Part shown: positions 19,401-26,879 of the stretch, piece after piece | Numbering within the stretch: position 1 is the stretch's first letter | Layout: every line of letters begins with the position of its first letter | Source of the DNA: a virus | DNA: 40,355 nt | Virus record (IMG/VR): IMGVR_UViG_3300045988_116736 | Location: 1-40,355 of that record | Reading direction: 5' to 3' (one strand) | The notes under the pieces: model-generated | Database searches by the model: none | What the model saw: only the letters and a program-made list of their open reading frames with translations | What the model was told of the DNA's origin: nothing | Position numbers and translations under genes: made by a program

Positions 19401-22400
19401 GTGCAAATACGGCTCAGAACGGTATTGATACAATCAAAAATGGTGTTGCGCAGACAGCAAACGAAAAGTATAATAATAACAGAGGTGATATAAATGGAGC
19501 AGAAAACGGAAACCAAGCTCAAGCCGGAGGAAATGCCGGAGTATCAGGGGAAACTGTCACAGTATCTGATTCAGGGGTGGCGCAAGGACTTCCCGGAATG
19601 GACGGACGAACAGATTATCGAGGCATTGGAGAGCATCTAAAACAACAACTGACAAATAAAGGTTCAACACCGATTGAATTAAGGACGGAGCATGATCCGT
19701 CCTCTTTTTATGCCAAAATCGGCGAAGCGAAAGAGAGCAATCCTTACGGCGCATTTGTCACGCAGCATGAGATCGAAGACTATGCAAAAATGCGGACATT
19801 CCTTAACGACGACGGTACCGTAGGCGTCGCGGTAAAGGACGACGGCGATATTGTTTCGGTTTTCAAAAACAAGAAAAACGAAAGCACGAACGCGGTATCC
19901 TCGATCCTCCTTACTGCTCTTGAAAACGGCGGTACAAAACTGGACAACTATAACGGCAAACTGTCACGTATGTATTTAGCCCACGGCTTTATCCCCGTGG
20001 CGCGAACCGCATTTGTAGATGAATACGCTCCATCCGACTGGAACTATGAACGCGACGGCAGGCCGGACATCATCTTCTGGATGCATAATGGCAATGACGT
20101 GGAAACTGTAGCACGGAATATAGGTACTCAGGAAATGCCAGACCTGAAAGCCTTGCCACTCATGGAGTACGACGAAGCCGCCGCATACCGAGACGGGCTC
20201 ATAACCAAGAATGCATCGGCTAACTCTACCCTCAAAGACCTTGGTGCAAATACGCCTACGCCCGCCGAATTGAGGCAGTCGAAGGTGTATACCAACACCT
20301 ACGATAAGTGGCTCACCGATGCGGAAAAGGCGGCTGACAGCGCAGAAAATTCCGTGTATGCCGTATCAAAGGAGGCTGACAGTATCGCTATGGCGAAAGA
20401 AAGGGTTCGCGCTTCCATAGACAGGACGGGGAACATCGACGAAGCAATGCGAAGCCTTGCTCATGGTTCCTGGGACGCGCCCGATGTTGACACCGCCATG
20501 CTCATAGGCGAAACGCTACGGGCGGAAGCGGCGGAAACGGGAGACTATGCAAGGCTCAACGACTGGAAGAAGGAAATCCAACGGCATATGACCGAAAGCG
20601 GACAAGCCATACAAGCCCTTGCCAAGTGGACGCGGGATAGTGCTGTCGGTGCGGAAACTACCCTTGATAAGGCTGTGGCTGACATCAACAAGAAGTACAA
20701 GAATCGGATAGACAGCGGCAAGATGTCCGCTATCGAGGTTAACCCGGAGTTGCTGGCAGAACTCAACGGTACTCAGACCCGAGCAGAACGCGATGCCGTC
20801 ATGAACAAGATTGCTGCTGACATAGGTTCTAAGATGCCGGCTGGCATATTGGATAAAATCAGGGCGTGGCGCTATCTTTCCATGCTGGGCAATCCACGAA
20901 CAGTTCTCCGCAATCTCATAGGCAACGAGATAATGTCCGATGTTCTTTGGACTTCTAAAGATGCTGTTGGCGCAGGGCTTGAAAAAGTAATGGGTGTTGA
21001 CCAGTCTCAGAGAACAAAAGCGTTAGCTTTCAGCGACGAGTATAAAGCGAACAAGGCGTATGCCGCAACTACCCTTGACGATGCCCGCGCTGCCCTTGAA
21101 GACAGTTCAAGGTACGACACCAAGAGCGGCATCGAACGGGCGATAGATGAGAATCGGCAGATATTCAAATTTAAGCCTGTTGAGAAGTGGCGTGAGGCTA
21201 CCGATTGGGCATTAAGTAAGGGCGACACCGTATTCCTTGAAAAGCAGTACAAGCGTTCCTTTGCGCAGATTATGACAGCACGGGGCTACACTCCTGACAC
21301 CATGACGGCAAAGCAGCGCTCAGAGTGCATGAGCTACGCCATCAACGAAGCGAAGCGTTCAACCTTCCACGATGCAAATTCTCTTGCTGACGCTATGACG
21401 AAGATAGAGAATAAGAACCTTGCTACAAAGATACTTGTAGGCGGCACTGTACCGTTTAAGAAGACCCCCTTAAACGTCCTTGCCCGTGGGGTTGAGTTTT
21501 CACCCATCGGCTTGATACAAGGCACCGGACAGATGCTCACCGATGTTAAGGCAGGAAAGATGGACGCTTCGACAGCCATTGATAAAATGTCCTCTGGCCT
21601 TGTAGGTTCTTCCCTTATGGCATTGGGCTACTTCCTTGCGAAGTCTGGCGTAATAAGCGGTGGCGATAATGACGAAGATAAGTACTACCAAAGCGATCTC
21701 GGCAAACAGGAATATGCTCTTAATTTACCCGGCAGCAGCTCCATGACCATTGACTGGGCGGCTCCCGCGTCAATCCCCCTGTTTATGGGTGTTGCCCTGC
21801 AAGAGTTGATAGATGGCAGCGGCAGCAGCGACGAAGCACAGACCGTTGGCGACCACATTGATGCTTTCCTTGGCACTCTCTCATCAATTACAGACCCGCT
21901 TGTGGAAATGAGTATGTTGCAGGGCTTACAGGATACGCTTGAAGCCGTGGCCAATGCGAGGAGCGACGGCAACAGCCTCATAGGCGCGGCTCTTGTCACC
22001 GCAGGCAGGGGCTATGCAAGCCAGTTTGTTCCTACCATTGGCGGTCAGATAGCCCGGACGATAGACCCGGTGCGCCGCGATACAGCAGGCGACCCCACTT
22101 CCGAGCTCGGCAAGGATTTGGATAAGGCAACAAATAAAATGCAGGCGAAGATGCCCGGCCTTGCCAGTGACTTGCAGCCCTATATTAACGTGTGGGGCGA
22201 ACAGGAGATAAACGAGCATAGCTGGCCTGTCCGTCTGTTAGAGCAAACCATACTGCCCGGCTACCTTGATAAGGTTGATATGACCCCTGTTGATGTGGAA
22301 CTGACCCGCCTGTATTCGGTGACGCAGGACCCCTCTGTCGTTCCGTCGAACTATCCATATCGCACTCTGAAGAGCGGAGATGAGCGATACGTCCTTACCG

Positions 22401-22588
22401 CAGACGAGTACACCGAATTCAAGATCGAAAACGGCAGGGCCATGTATGCGGCCGCAGAGGACGCTATCAACAGCTCGCAGTATTCCCGCATGAGCGATGA
22501 TGAAAAAGCATCCTACGTTGCTAAAGCAGTCAGGGACGCGCAAGGTGACATACTGAAAAGGTACAAGAAAAAGTACCTCGGCAAATAA
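16460..22588 (+). CDS. giant (2042 aa) virion-associated polyvalent / ejection or tape-measure-like protein
   Basis: A single uninterrupted ORF with SD AAGGAG. It has coiled-coil stretches and several Gly/Ala-rich hydrophobic segments (AALSIATGAVGLADMATAG, GGLLIGGIMNGLSMGA, LVGSSLMALGYFLAKSGVISGG). An alpha/beta domain with a GNAT-like Y..HGF motif is embedded near 19670-20095. Confidence 0.6.
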   Translation: MAYTKEQMASAAGVIDSGKGVNKKVNVSNESLSAGSYEGAMARREASGGRVGDGRYDKDAYVYRPETNTFYDTEAIQKAKSNFTDWMTTGKGSNNKNWGYDMSDPEDVNRYYSGQISKKYEAGYGTDSFSQWLKENGLPQADYFDSKYYKDAYASVLADRVEKQKARDFRNAVVREMWNTASDPMNLTDEDLVAAYDRVRLNNPIYNGIELYNAKDKDTDYGDYDSQILAERAAQEKETKSRAGKLNIDEVWGDIDRLQRAQNTREQWAADKVKAEAETKTNQAQKIIDNAIANNNFSAEIDKRVGLAKDSNLNEYNANKQRKQAASDAAINAMREAGYSNQDIKKSIRNDGRLSYSESTEGKANEAERIKRRDISDTTTAKVLGGMDSFTQGAVDKAKKLGNMGTSAQQGFSPISMMEGYGMSAQETQAVNNYVDTTRAILETQGYNGLEIDNALRRADLGEYIPTATARTNYATYTLQECGMSDEQIQYVLSTYTEDDWKNTDTDMKASDYVENSTVDQLANSIISMPIRAALSIATGAVGLADMATAGIQKRDELWKTTQALQEEAAWWTQYSHDRNHEIISTAADVGSEIMRMYATSLTGSVLAAGATKVLGNAAGTNFLFGFITKNASRMPFVANSIGNYYLEAMNDGATTGQATAYAIPAGLLEGYLESLEMGETLQHAFGTNIVGKKIAASGLSANFKTFAITKGMPFINFALGTIGEGLEEAASYYGSSIARMATWDKGYEMDFSEMWDNAKGGLLIGGIMNGLSMGAHTQSYKYASEIYKGTGGNYAAYLDSFMSAMHMENMNDVQRQALIDKYNSGEINVSRDAAINAGVEIQTNAEVVAAKKQAVESAENDAAVKVENANNKVTQAEQRLAGIDDPDPVKKGKKIAQASRELSAAKAAASQTASEGQKKVDTATADYKSEAAKAKRKNAANQQLVDEYHASKYYSDIERDAVNAPVGGLAADPAANTNAGANTAQNGIDTIKNGVAQTANEKYNNNRGDINGAENGNQAQAGGNAGVSGETVTVSDSGVAQGLPGMDGRTDYRGIGEHLKQQLTNKGSTPIELRTEHDPSSFYAKIGEAKESNPYGAFVTQHEIEDYAKMRTFLNDDGTVGVAVKDDGDIVSVFKNKKNESTNAVSSILLTALENGGTKLDNYNGKLSRMYLAHGFIPVARTAFVDEYAPSDWNYERDGRPDIIFWMHNGNDVETVARNIGTQEMPDLKALPLMEYDEAAAYRDGLITKNASANSTLKDLGANTPTPAELRQSKVYTNTYDKWLTDAEKAADSAENSVYAVSKEADSIAMAKERVRASIDRTGNIDEAMRSLAHGSWDAPDVDTAMLIGETLRAEAAETGDYARLNDWKKEIQRHMTESGQAIQALAKWTRDSAVGAETTLDKAVADINKKYKNRIDSGKMSAIEVNPELLAELNGTQTRAERDAVMNKIAADIGSKMPAGILDKIRAWRYLSMLGNPRTVLRNLIGNEIMSDVLWTSKDAVGAGLEKVMGVDQSQRTKALAFSDEYKANKAYAATTLDDARAALEDSSRYDTKSGIERAIDENRQIFKFKPVEKWREATDWALSKGDTVFLEKQYKRSFAQIMTARGYTPDTMTAKQRSECMSYAINEAKRSTFHDANSLADAMTKIENKNLATKILVGGTVPFKKTPLNVLARGVEFSPIGLIQGTGQMLTDVKAGKMDASTAIDKMSSGLVGSSLMALGYFLAKSGVISGGDNDEDKYYQSDLGKQEYALNLPGSSSMTIDWAAPASIPLFMGVALQELIDGSGSSDEAQTVGDHIDAFLGTLSSITDPLVEMSMLQGLQDTLEAVANARSDGNSLIGAALVTAGRGYASQFVPTIGGQIARTIDPVRRDTAGDPTSELGKDLDKATNKMQAKMPGLASDLQPYINVWGEQEINEHSWPVRLLEQTILPGYLDKVDMTPVDVELTRLYSVTQDPSVVPSNYPYRTLKSGDERYVLTADEYTEFKIENGRAMYAAAEDAINSSQYSRMSDDEKASYVAKAVRDAQGDILKRYKKKYLGK

Positions 22589-22592
22589 CACG

Positions 22593-22621
22593 ATAGCCCC
22601 CTTACCGGGGGCTATTTTTTA
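22593..22621 (+). terminator. rho-independent terminator ending the late operon
   Basis: Stem ATAGCCCCC / GGGGGCTAT with loop TTACC, followed by TTTTTTAT. It overlaps the 3' end of the convergent - strand gene. Confidence 0.8.
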
Positions 22622-23096
22622 TTGCCTTGTTATACACCTTGATTTCCAGTGCTTCTTCAACCACAGTTTCAATTATTCGGTTGCGGTATGTGTAGTATGT
22701 CTGCACCCGCTCTATGTGTAGCGCCGCCATTATCTCGTCGCGCACGGCTCCAGCCCGCGCTTTGCTCACCGGACGGCCAGTCAGGCCGAAGCCAAACTCC
22801 ATGAAATAGGCCATGCCTTTGTCCTCGTGCGTATATGCGCACCAGACGTTCTCAATAGCTTTGATCCACAGATCATCTTCCTCATTTATGGCTTTTGCCC
22901 TTGCCGTTGCCAGCCTTATGCCGCCAGATTCTGTTTTGCTGGTGCTGACACTGTGCTTGACAGGGGTATTGTCCCCGCTGCCGTATGCGGCGTACACTGC
23001 ATCGTCCACAATCTCTTGCCTTGTCTTAGCTTCACGCGCCTTGACTTTTTGGTAGTTATACAGATACCATTCCGCCCGTTTGTGCATTTTGCCCAT
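22602..23096 (-). CDS. putative late-gene transcriptional regulator (ArpU/RinA-like)
   Basis: 164 aa counted from the ATG 6 nt after GGGAGGCG. The N-terminal AEWYLYNYQKVKA and C-terminal VQTYYTYRNRIIETVVEEAL resemble phage late activators. It is the last gene of the early operon. Confidence 0.5.
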   Translation of the reverse strand: MGKMHKRAEWYLYNYQKVKAREAKTRQEIVDDAVYAAYGSGDNTPVKHSVSTSKTESGGIRLATARAKAINEEDDLWIKAIENVWCAYTHEDKGMAYFMEFGFGLTGRPVSKARAGAVRDEIMAALHIERVQTYYTYRNRIIETVVEEALEIKVYNKAIKNSPR

Positions 23097-23463
23097 TTGA
23101 ATCGCCTCCCAGCTTTTCACGCGTAGCTGCCGCTACAAAGTCGGTTCGGCTCAAATAAAGGCCCTCGGTTATCAATCCGTCAATCCGTTCCGCCAACGCT
23201 ATTGGTATCTTCACCATAGCAGAAGTCGGTTTGCGTTTCTTTTCTGCCGCGTCTATGCCGAAACATAAACGCAGTATATCAGGCGGGTATATCTTTTCGG
23301 CGGGCACATCGTAGTATGTCATAGCCTTGACCAGTTCGCACTTATTCAGCACCGCCCGTCCGCTCTCCATCATGCTGTACACGCCCTGGCTCATGTCAAG
23401 CGCAGCCGCCGCTTCTGCTTGCGTCCTATTCCCCCGGAGCTTCTTCAGGTTGTTTTTTATCAT
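23056..23463 (-). CDS. DNA-binding protein, XRE-HTH fused to a ribbon-helix-helix domain
   Basis: The N-terminus is LKKLRGNRTQAEAAAALDMSQGVYSMMESG (XRE type). The C-terminus is VKIPIALAERIDGLITEGLYLSRTDFVAAATREKL (CopG/Arc type). The SD is GAAGGAGGAAACTA. Confidence 0.7.
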   Translation of the reverse strand: MIKNNLKKLRGNRTQAEAAAALDMSQGVYSMMESGRAVLNKCELVKAMTYYDVPAEKIYPPDILRLCFGIDAAEKKRKPTSAMVKIPIALAERIDGLITEGLYLSRTDFVAAATREKLGGDSNGQNAQTGGMVSV

Positions 23464-23779
23464 TAGTTTCCTCCTTCGGCGGTTCTGGTAAATATGCCCA
23501 ATGGGTTACTTTATCATCAATGCCCACCACAGCATAGTCATCCCAATTGTAAATCCGTTCGTACCAACCAGCGTTTACATAGTAATCATCATGTTCTTCG
23601 CAATATTCGTCACAGCATTCATAATCCCAATTAAAGCACGATTCTCCACGCAGTATTCCCTCAGGAACATAAACCGCAATACAGCAATATGTATGACCAC
23701 TTCTCCACGTTGTTTTGCACAACAGCAAAACTTCTTTTTCTGCTTCCGGCAATCTATCCTTCACGCTTATCCAGTTCAT
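23426..23779 (-). CDS. DUF551-like protein
   Basis: Start at MNWISVKDRLPE with GGAGGAAACTA upstream. WISVKDRLPE is the hallmark DUF551 N-terminus. The longer track ORF overlaps the upstream gene. Confidence 0.65.
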   Translation of the reverse strand: MNWISVKDRLPEAEKEVLLLCKTTWRSGHTYCCIAVYVPEGILRGESCFNWDYECCDEYCEEHDDYYVNAGWYERIYNWDDYAVVGIDDKVTHWAYLPEPPKEETNDKKQPEEAPGE

Positions 23780-24065
23780 TAGTTTCCTCCTTATCCATTT
23801 TCGCTCTACAATTAGGGCAACCTTTTGTGCGTATAATGCTGCAATGGCCACATTGAGAGCAATAATATATTCTGATATTGCGATATTTGGGGTTGCCTTT
23901 GTCATCTGCACCCACGTATCGCGAACTCTCATAGCTCTGCCACCGCCCATGCACTACCGGAGCATAATCCACCATTTCTTCATACGGGCAAGGCCCTTCG
24001 CTGCAATAACCACCGGTCTTTTCACATACCCCAGCATGTTGTTCATGTATGCAAAACTTAGGCAT
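23754..24065 (-). CDS. Cys-rich zinc-ribbon protein
   Basis: Start at MPKFCIHEQ after AAGGAGAG. It carries CSQCGHC...CPNCRAKM plus an N-terminal Cys cluster. Confidence 0.6.
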   Translation of the reverse strand: MPKFCIHEQHAGVCEKTGGYCSEGPCPYEEMVDYAPVVHGRWQSYESSRYVGADDKGNPKYRNIRIYYCSQCGHCSIIRTKGCPNCRAKMDKEETNELDKREG

Positions 24066-24327
24066 TATCTCTCCTTTCGCCCCAGCTACAAAAATCATTA
24101 TCCATTTCCCACGTGTGCTGTTCTCCGCACTCACAGCCATAATACATGGCACAATCCTCCGTACCCCGGCGAATACAGTCTTCGCACCGCACCACTTCTG
24201 CAACATCGGCGGCAGGGATTGCTTTGACACACTGTATAGCATCTTCTTTAGTGTAATAGATCAGTTCAAGACAATCATTTTCTATTGCCTTTATCGCCGC
24301 CCCACGCTCTATGAACTCTTTAGCCAT
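24058..24327 (-). CDS. Cys-rich small protein
   Basis: Start at MAKEFIERG after GGAGGAGACTGACA. It carries VVRCEDC...DFCSWGERR, a motif style common in Firmicutes phage hypotheticals. Confidence 0.6.
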   Translation of the reverse strand: MAKEFIERGAAIKAIENDCLELIYYTKEDAIQCVKAIPAADVAEVVRCEDCIRRGTEDCAMYYGCECGEQHTWEMDNDFCSWGERRDNA

Positions 24328-24595
24328 TGTCAGTCTCCTCCGCTGGTTGCTGAAGCCAGTCAGCAATTGTCTTACAGAAAACTTTTCTCTCAATTTCCGT
24401 GGGCCATACACCATTATTTGCAAAGCCAGTTAAAAGATGTGCCAGTTCCTCGTCGCTCATCGCCCGTACGAGGTCGGCGTTAGTCATGTTTGCAAAGCCG
24501 CAGCACGTTTCGTGTTGTATCGTGACATCGCAATCCCAATATTGGCAGTAATGATTATTCGGGTAATAATTCTTGCATTTATCACAAATATTCAT
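24320..24595 (-). CDS. Cys-rich small protein
   Basis: 91 aa with MNICDKCKNYY...CQYWDC...CCGF followed by NADLVRAMSDEELAHLL. The SD is GGAGGG. Confidence 0.6.
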   Translation of the reverse strand: MNICDKCKNYYPNNHYCQYWDCDVTIQHETCCGFANMTNADLVRAMSDEELAHLLTGFANNGVWPTEIERKVFCKTIADWLQQPAEETDNG

Positions 24596-24972
24596 TACGG
24601 GTTTCCCTCCTTCGCCAGCTTCTCTGCAACATCTGTCGCGTTTACATACCTCTCATTGTTGCCCTCCAACTTCCTACCGCAATGCCAGCAGAATTTAATC
24701 ATCTTCTGGCTTATTGGCTGTGCAAATTCGTCATCAATAATCGTGTATTCGGCCTTGCACCAAGCGCAGCCCTCGTCATGTTTGCCATCCAACGCAAGCG
24801 CATCAATCCTACGAAGGGCTTCCGCTCCCATGTGGCAAGCTTCAGCGTCTACACACTCACACAAAAGTGCACTATCCACACCACGTTTGCCATAGTGCTC
24901 GCGAATAAAATTAAATAAGTATTGAATATCCATTTCAGGGTCAATTATGTTTGCTGCTTCTTCACGTGTCAT
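24595..24972 (-). CDS. Cys-rich small protein
   Basis: 125 aa with the motifs CEC, CAWC and CWHC. It overlaps the upstream gene stop as ATGA. Confidence 0.6.
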   Translation of the reverse strand: MTREEAANIIDPEMDIQYLFNFIREHYGKRGVDSALLCECVDAEACHMGAEALRRIDALALDGKHDEGCAWCKAEYTIIDDEFAQPISQKMIKFCWHCGRKLEGNNERYVNATDVAEKLAKEGNP

Positions 24973-25601
24973 TCCTCGTTACCGCCTTTCAACATCAGTT
25001 CTGCCAAATCACACGCCGCCAGATATGTCTTCTCGTGAATTGTCCCGGCGTGTACTTTTCTAACCCGCTCCTTAAATGCCGCCATATCCGAAAACCAACA
25101 CCCGGCACGGACAAACATATTGCCGTTATCGTCTATGTAAAAATAGGCTTTTCGGTTTTCGCTGCCTATCCTATCCACGGCGACATAGCGGCCATTTTTC
25201 ACTGCGCCGTTTTCGTAACTGCACACCTCGCTAAAGTAGCAATACGCACCAAAGCTGCACTGCTCACCAAAGCCGCACTGCTCACCAAAGCCGCACTGCT
25301 CACCAAAGCTGCACCCTTCGCCAAAGCTGCACTGCTCAACAAAGCTGCACCCTTCGCCAAAGCTGCACCCTTCGCCAAAGCTGCACTGCTCACCAAAGCC
25401 GCACCCCTTGCTAAAGTAGCAATACGCACCAAAGCTGCACTGTTTAATAAAGCTGCACCACTCGCCAAAGATGCACCACTCGCCAAAGTTGCACTGCTCA
25501 CCAAAGCCTTTTATTGCGGTATAATCCCCAGCAGGGCATATCTTGTGACCAAACTTATCTACTTCAAAGTTGTCAAAATCCGCTTGCGTGTACTTTTTCA
25601 T
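24969..25601 (-). CDS. Cys/Glu hexapeptide-repeat (left-handed beta-helix-like) protein with a C-terminal globular domain
   Basis: 210 aa. Residues 33-128 are 16 tandem hexapeptides (FGEQCN FGEWCI FGEWCS FIKQCS FGAYCY FSKGCG FGEQCS FGEGCS ...). The C-terminal domain reads RIGSENRKAYFYIDDNGNMFVRAGCWFSDMAAFKERVRKVHAGT. Confidence 0.7.
   Translation of the reverse strand: MKKYTQADFDNFEVDKFGHKICPAGDYTAIKGFGEQCNFGEWCIFGEWCSFIKQCSFGAYCYFSKGCGFGEQCSFGEGCSFGEGCSFVEQCSFGEGCSFGEQCGFGEQCGFGEQCSFGAYCYFSEVCSYENGAVKNGRYVAVDRIGSENRKAYFYIDDNGNMFVRAGCWFSDMAAFKERVRKVHAGTIHEKTYLAACDLAELMLKGGNEE
25218..25505. repeat. 16 x 18-bp tandem repeat (coding)
   Basis: The unit on the + strand is roughly CACCAAAGCYGCACTGCT. 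Exact 32-bp copies lie at 25231-25262 and 25411-25442, 180 bp apart. Confidence 0.9.
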
Positions 25602-25610
25602 TGTTCTACC

Positions 25611-25718
25611 TCACTCTTTCTTTCGGCGGGGCATAATTTCCTCCCGCACGGCTTCATTTCGTGACACCCTGCGTACTCGCACATAGGCACCCGGATATTC
25701 CAGAATTTCTACTCTCAT
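25611..25718 (-). CDS. 35-aa basic peptide (MRVEILEYPGAYVRVRRVSRNEAVREEIMPRRKKE)
   Basis: Found by eye. Its ATG overlaps the upstream stop as ATGA and GGAGGGAAGA precedes it. It fills the only gap in this operon. Confidence 0.45.
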   Translation of the reverse strand: MRVEILEYPGAYVRVRRVSRNEAVREEIMPRRKKE

Positions 25719-26173
25719 TCTTCCCTCCAACAGTTCACTATCAGTTTGCTTACGCCCTGAATAGGCAGCTCCTTCAAGATTTGCCTTAACCGGCAGTTAT
25801 GTTTCGCCCCGTCACAGGTAAAGCACTCGGTTTTGGTGGCGTACTCTGCAAGATCGGCTAAATCGTCATAGCTCATCACCCAGTAATTCTTGTCCCGGCC
25901 TGCTGCGGACTTAATGCCTATGCGGATTTCGGTTAGGTCGAGTTGTCGCTTGACGGTCAACAGCTGCTCTACAGGCACGGTATCCAGCAGCCTTGTGATA
26001 ACACTTGCTATCCTGCTCTGCGCTATGCGGTAGTCCCGCCAGCCCCCGGGTACGCGCTGACATAGCCTCTGATATCCTCCGGAAAACTTGTCGAGAATAT
26101 TATCCAGCGCGAACAGTGCAGCGAACAATTCCCGCTCTTCAGCAGTCATTCTCTTTCGTTCCGTTGATTGCAT
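25715..26173 (-). CDS. hypothetical protein
   Basis: 152 aa with SD GGAGGATCGGATCA. It has a C-terminal CFTCDGAKHNC motif. I do not recognise the family. Confidence 0.6.
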   Translation of the reverse strand: MQSTERKRMTAEERELFAALFALDNILDKFSGGYQRLCQRVPGGWRDYRIAQSRIASVITRLLDTVPVEQLLTVKRQLDLTEIRIGIKSAAGRDKNYWVMSYDDLADLAEYATKTECFTCDGAKHNCRLRQILKELPIQGVSKLIVNCWREE

Positions 26174-26438
26174 TGATCCGATCCTCCAATCTGTCCATCT
26201 TGTCGTGCGTCCAGCCAGACCAGTCGCCGAAGATTATCTTTAACTGACCAAGCATGATTTCCACGTCGGCACATTCTTCCCTGATGTTGTCCATAGTTTC
26301 CCATGGAATCTTCATCATACCCAGCCCCTTGTTCAGTGCGACAAGCAATTCGCTCAATTCTTCTGCTGCCTTTATCGTCTGATGCATACGACCATAAGTT
26401 TTAACGGCCTTTTCCAATACCTCTACTTTGTACTCCAC
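26139..26438 (-). CDS. MazG-like nucleotide pyrophosphohydrolase
   Basis: 99 aa with a GTG start 9 nt after AAGGAGG. Acidic helix motifs AAEELSELLVAL and EECADVEIMLGQL are typical of small all-alpha NTP-PPases. Confidence 0.65.
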   Translation of the reverse strand: MEYKVEVLEKAVKTYGRMHQTIKAAEELSELLVALNKGLGMMKIPWETMDNIREECADVEIMLGQLKIIFGDWSGWTHDKMDRLEDRINAINGTKENDC

Positions 26439-26879
26439 TTAAAATTTCCTCCTTGCGTACTCTGCCATCAATAACGCTTCTGCCATTCCATCATCATCCG
26501 TTCTGCATTTGTCCGTTCGCCTTAAGCTGATATCAGGGAACAGCCGTTTGCAGACTTCTATGCTCTGCTTTTTATCGCTACCAAGGGAAAATTCTTTTTT
26601 CCACTTCTGAGGTGGTACAAGCTGATAAGGTATACCAAGCGTTTCAAGCACTCCCTCGATGTATCCCACGTTTTTTCCGAAATTAAACATCGAGGTAACA
26701 CCTTGCCCCGGCATTGCGCCGACCTTTTCAACACAAGCTGTCATTGTTGTGTGCTTGCTTGCCCTTGCGAATTTAATAAACTCTTGTGCATCCCACGGTA
26801 TGGCAACGGCACATTGTCCATCTTTATCTATCGCGGCAAACGCACCGCTTTTTCCGGGGTCTATTCCGATGTAAATCAC
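26439..26879 (-). CDS. RuvC-like Holliday junction resolvase
   Basis: The N-terminus is MIYIGIDPGKSGA, carrying the catalytic Asp. The C-terminus is DDDGMAEALLMAEYA. Confidence 0.8.
   Translation of the reverse strand: MIYIGIDPGKSGAFAAIDKDGQCAVAIPWDAQEFIKFARASKHTTMTACVEKVGAMPGQGVTSMFNFGKNVGYIEGVLETLGIPYQLVPPQKWKKEFSLGSDKKQSIEVCKRLFPDISLRRTDKCRTDDDGMAEALLMAEYARRKF

Noticed and set aside
16460-22588. Calling the giant ORF a classical tape-measure protein, which would make the phage a siphovirus
   Set aside because: I could not recognise a tail tube, tail terminator or frameshifted chaperone pair. The gene also lies after the fibre and lysis genes. The question stays open pending profile searches.
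25218-25505. Possible CRISPR-like array, given regularly spaced short repeats
   Set aside because: The units are contiguous 18-mers with no spacers, they are in frame within an ORF, and no cas genes are present.
24951-25664. 237-aa + strand ORF with KAALLTKAAPFA repeats
   Set aside because: It is the reverse-frame image of the 18-bp tandem repeat. The - strand frame has an SD, start/stop coupling to its neighbours and a coherent C-terminal domain.
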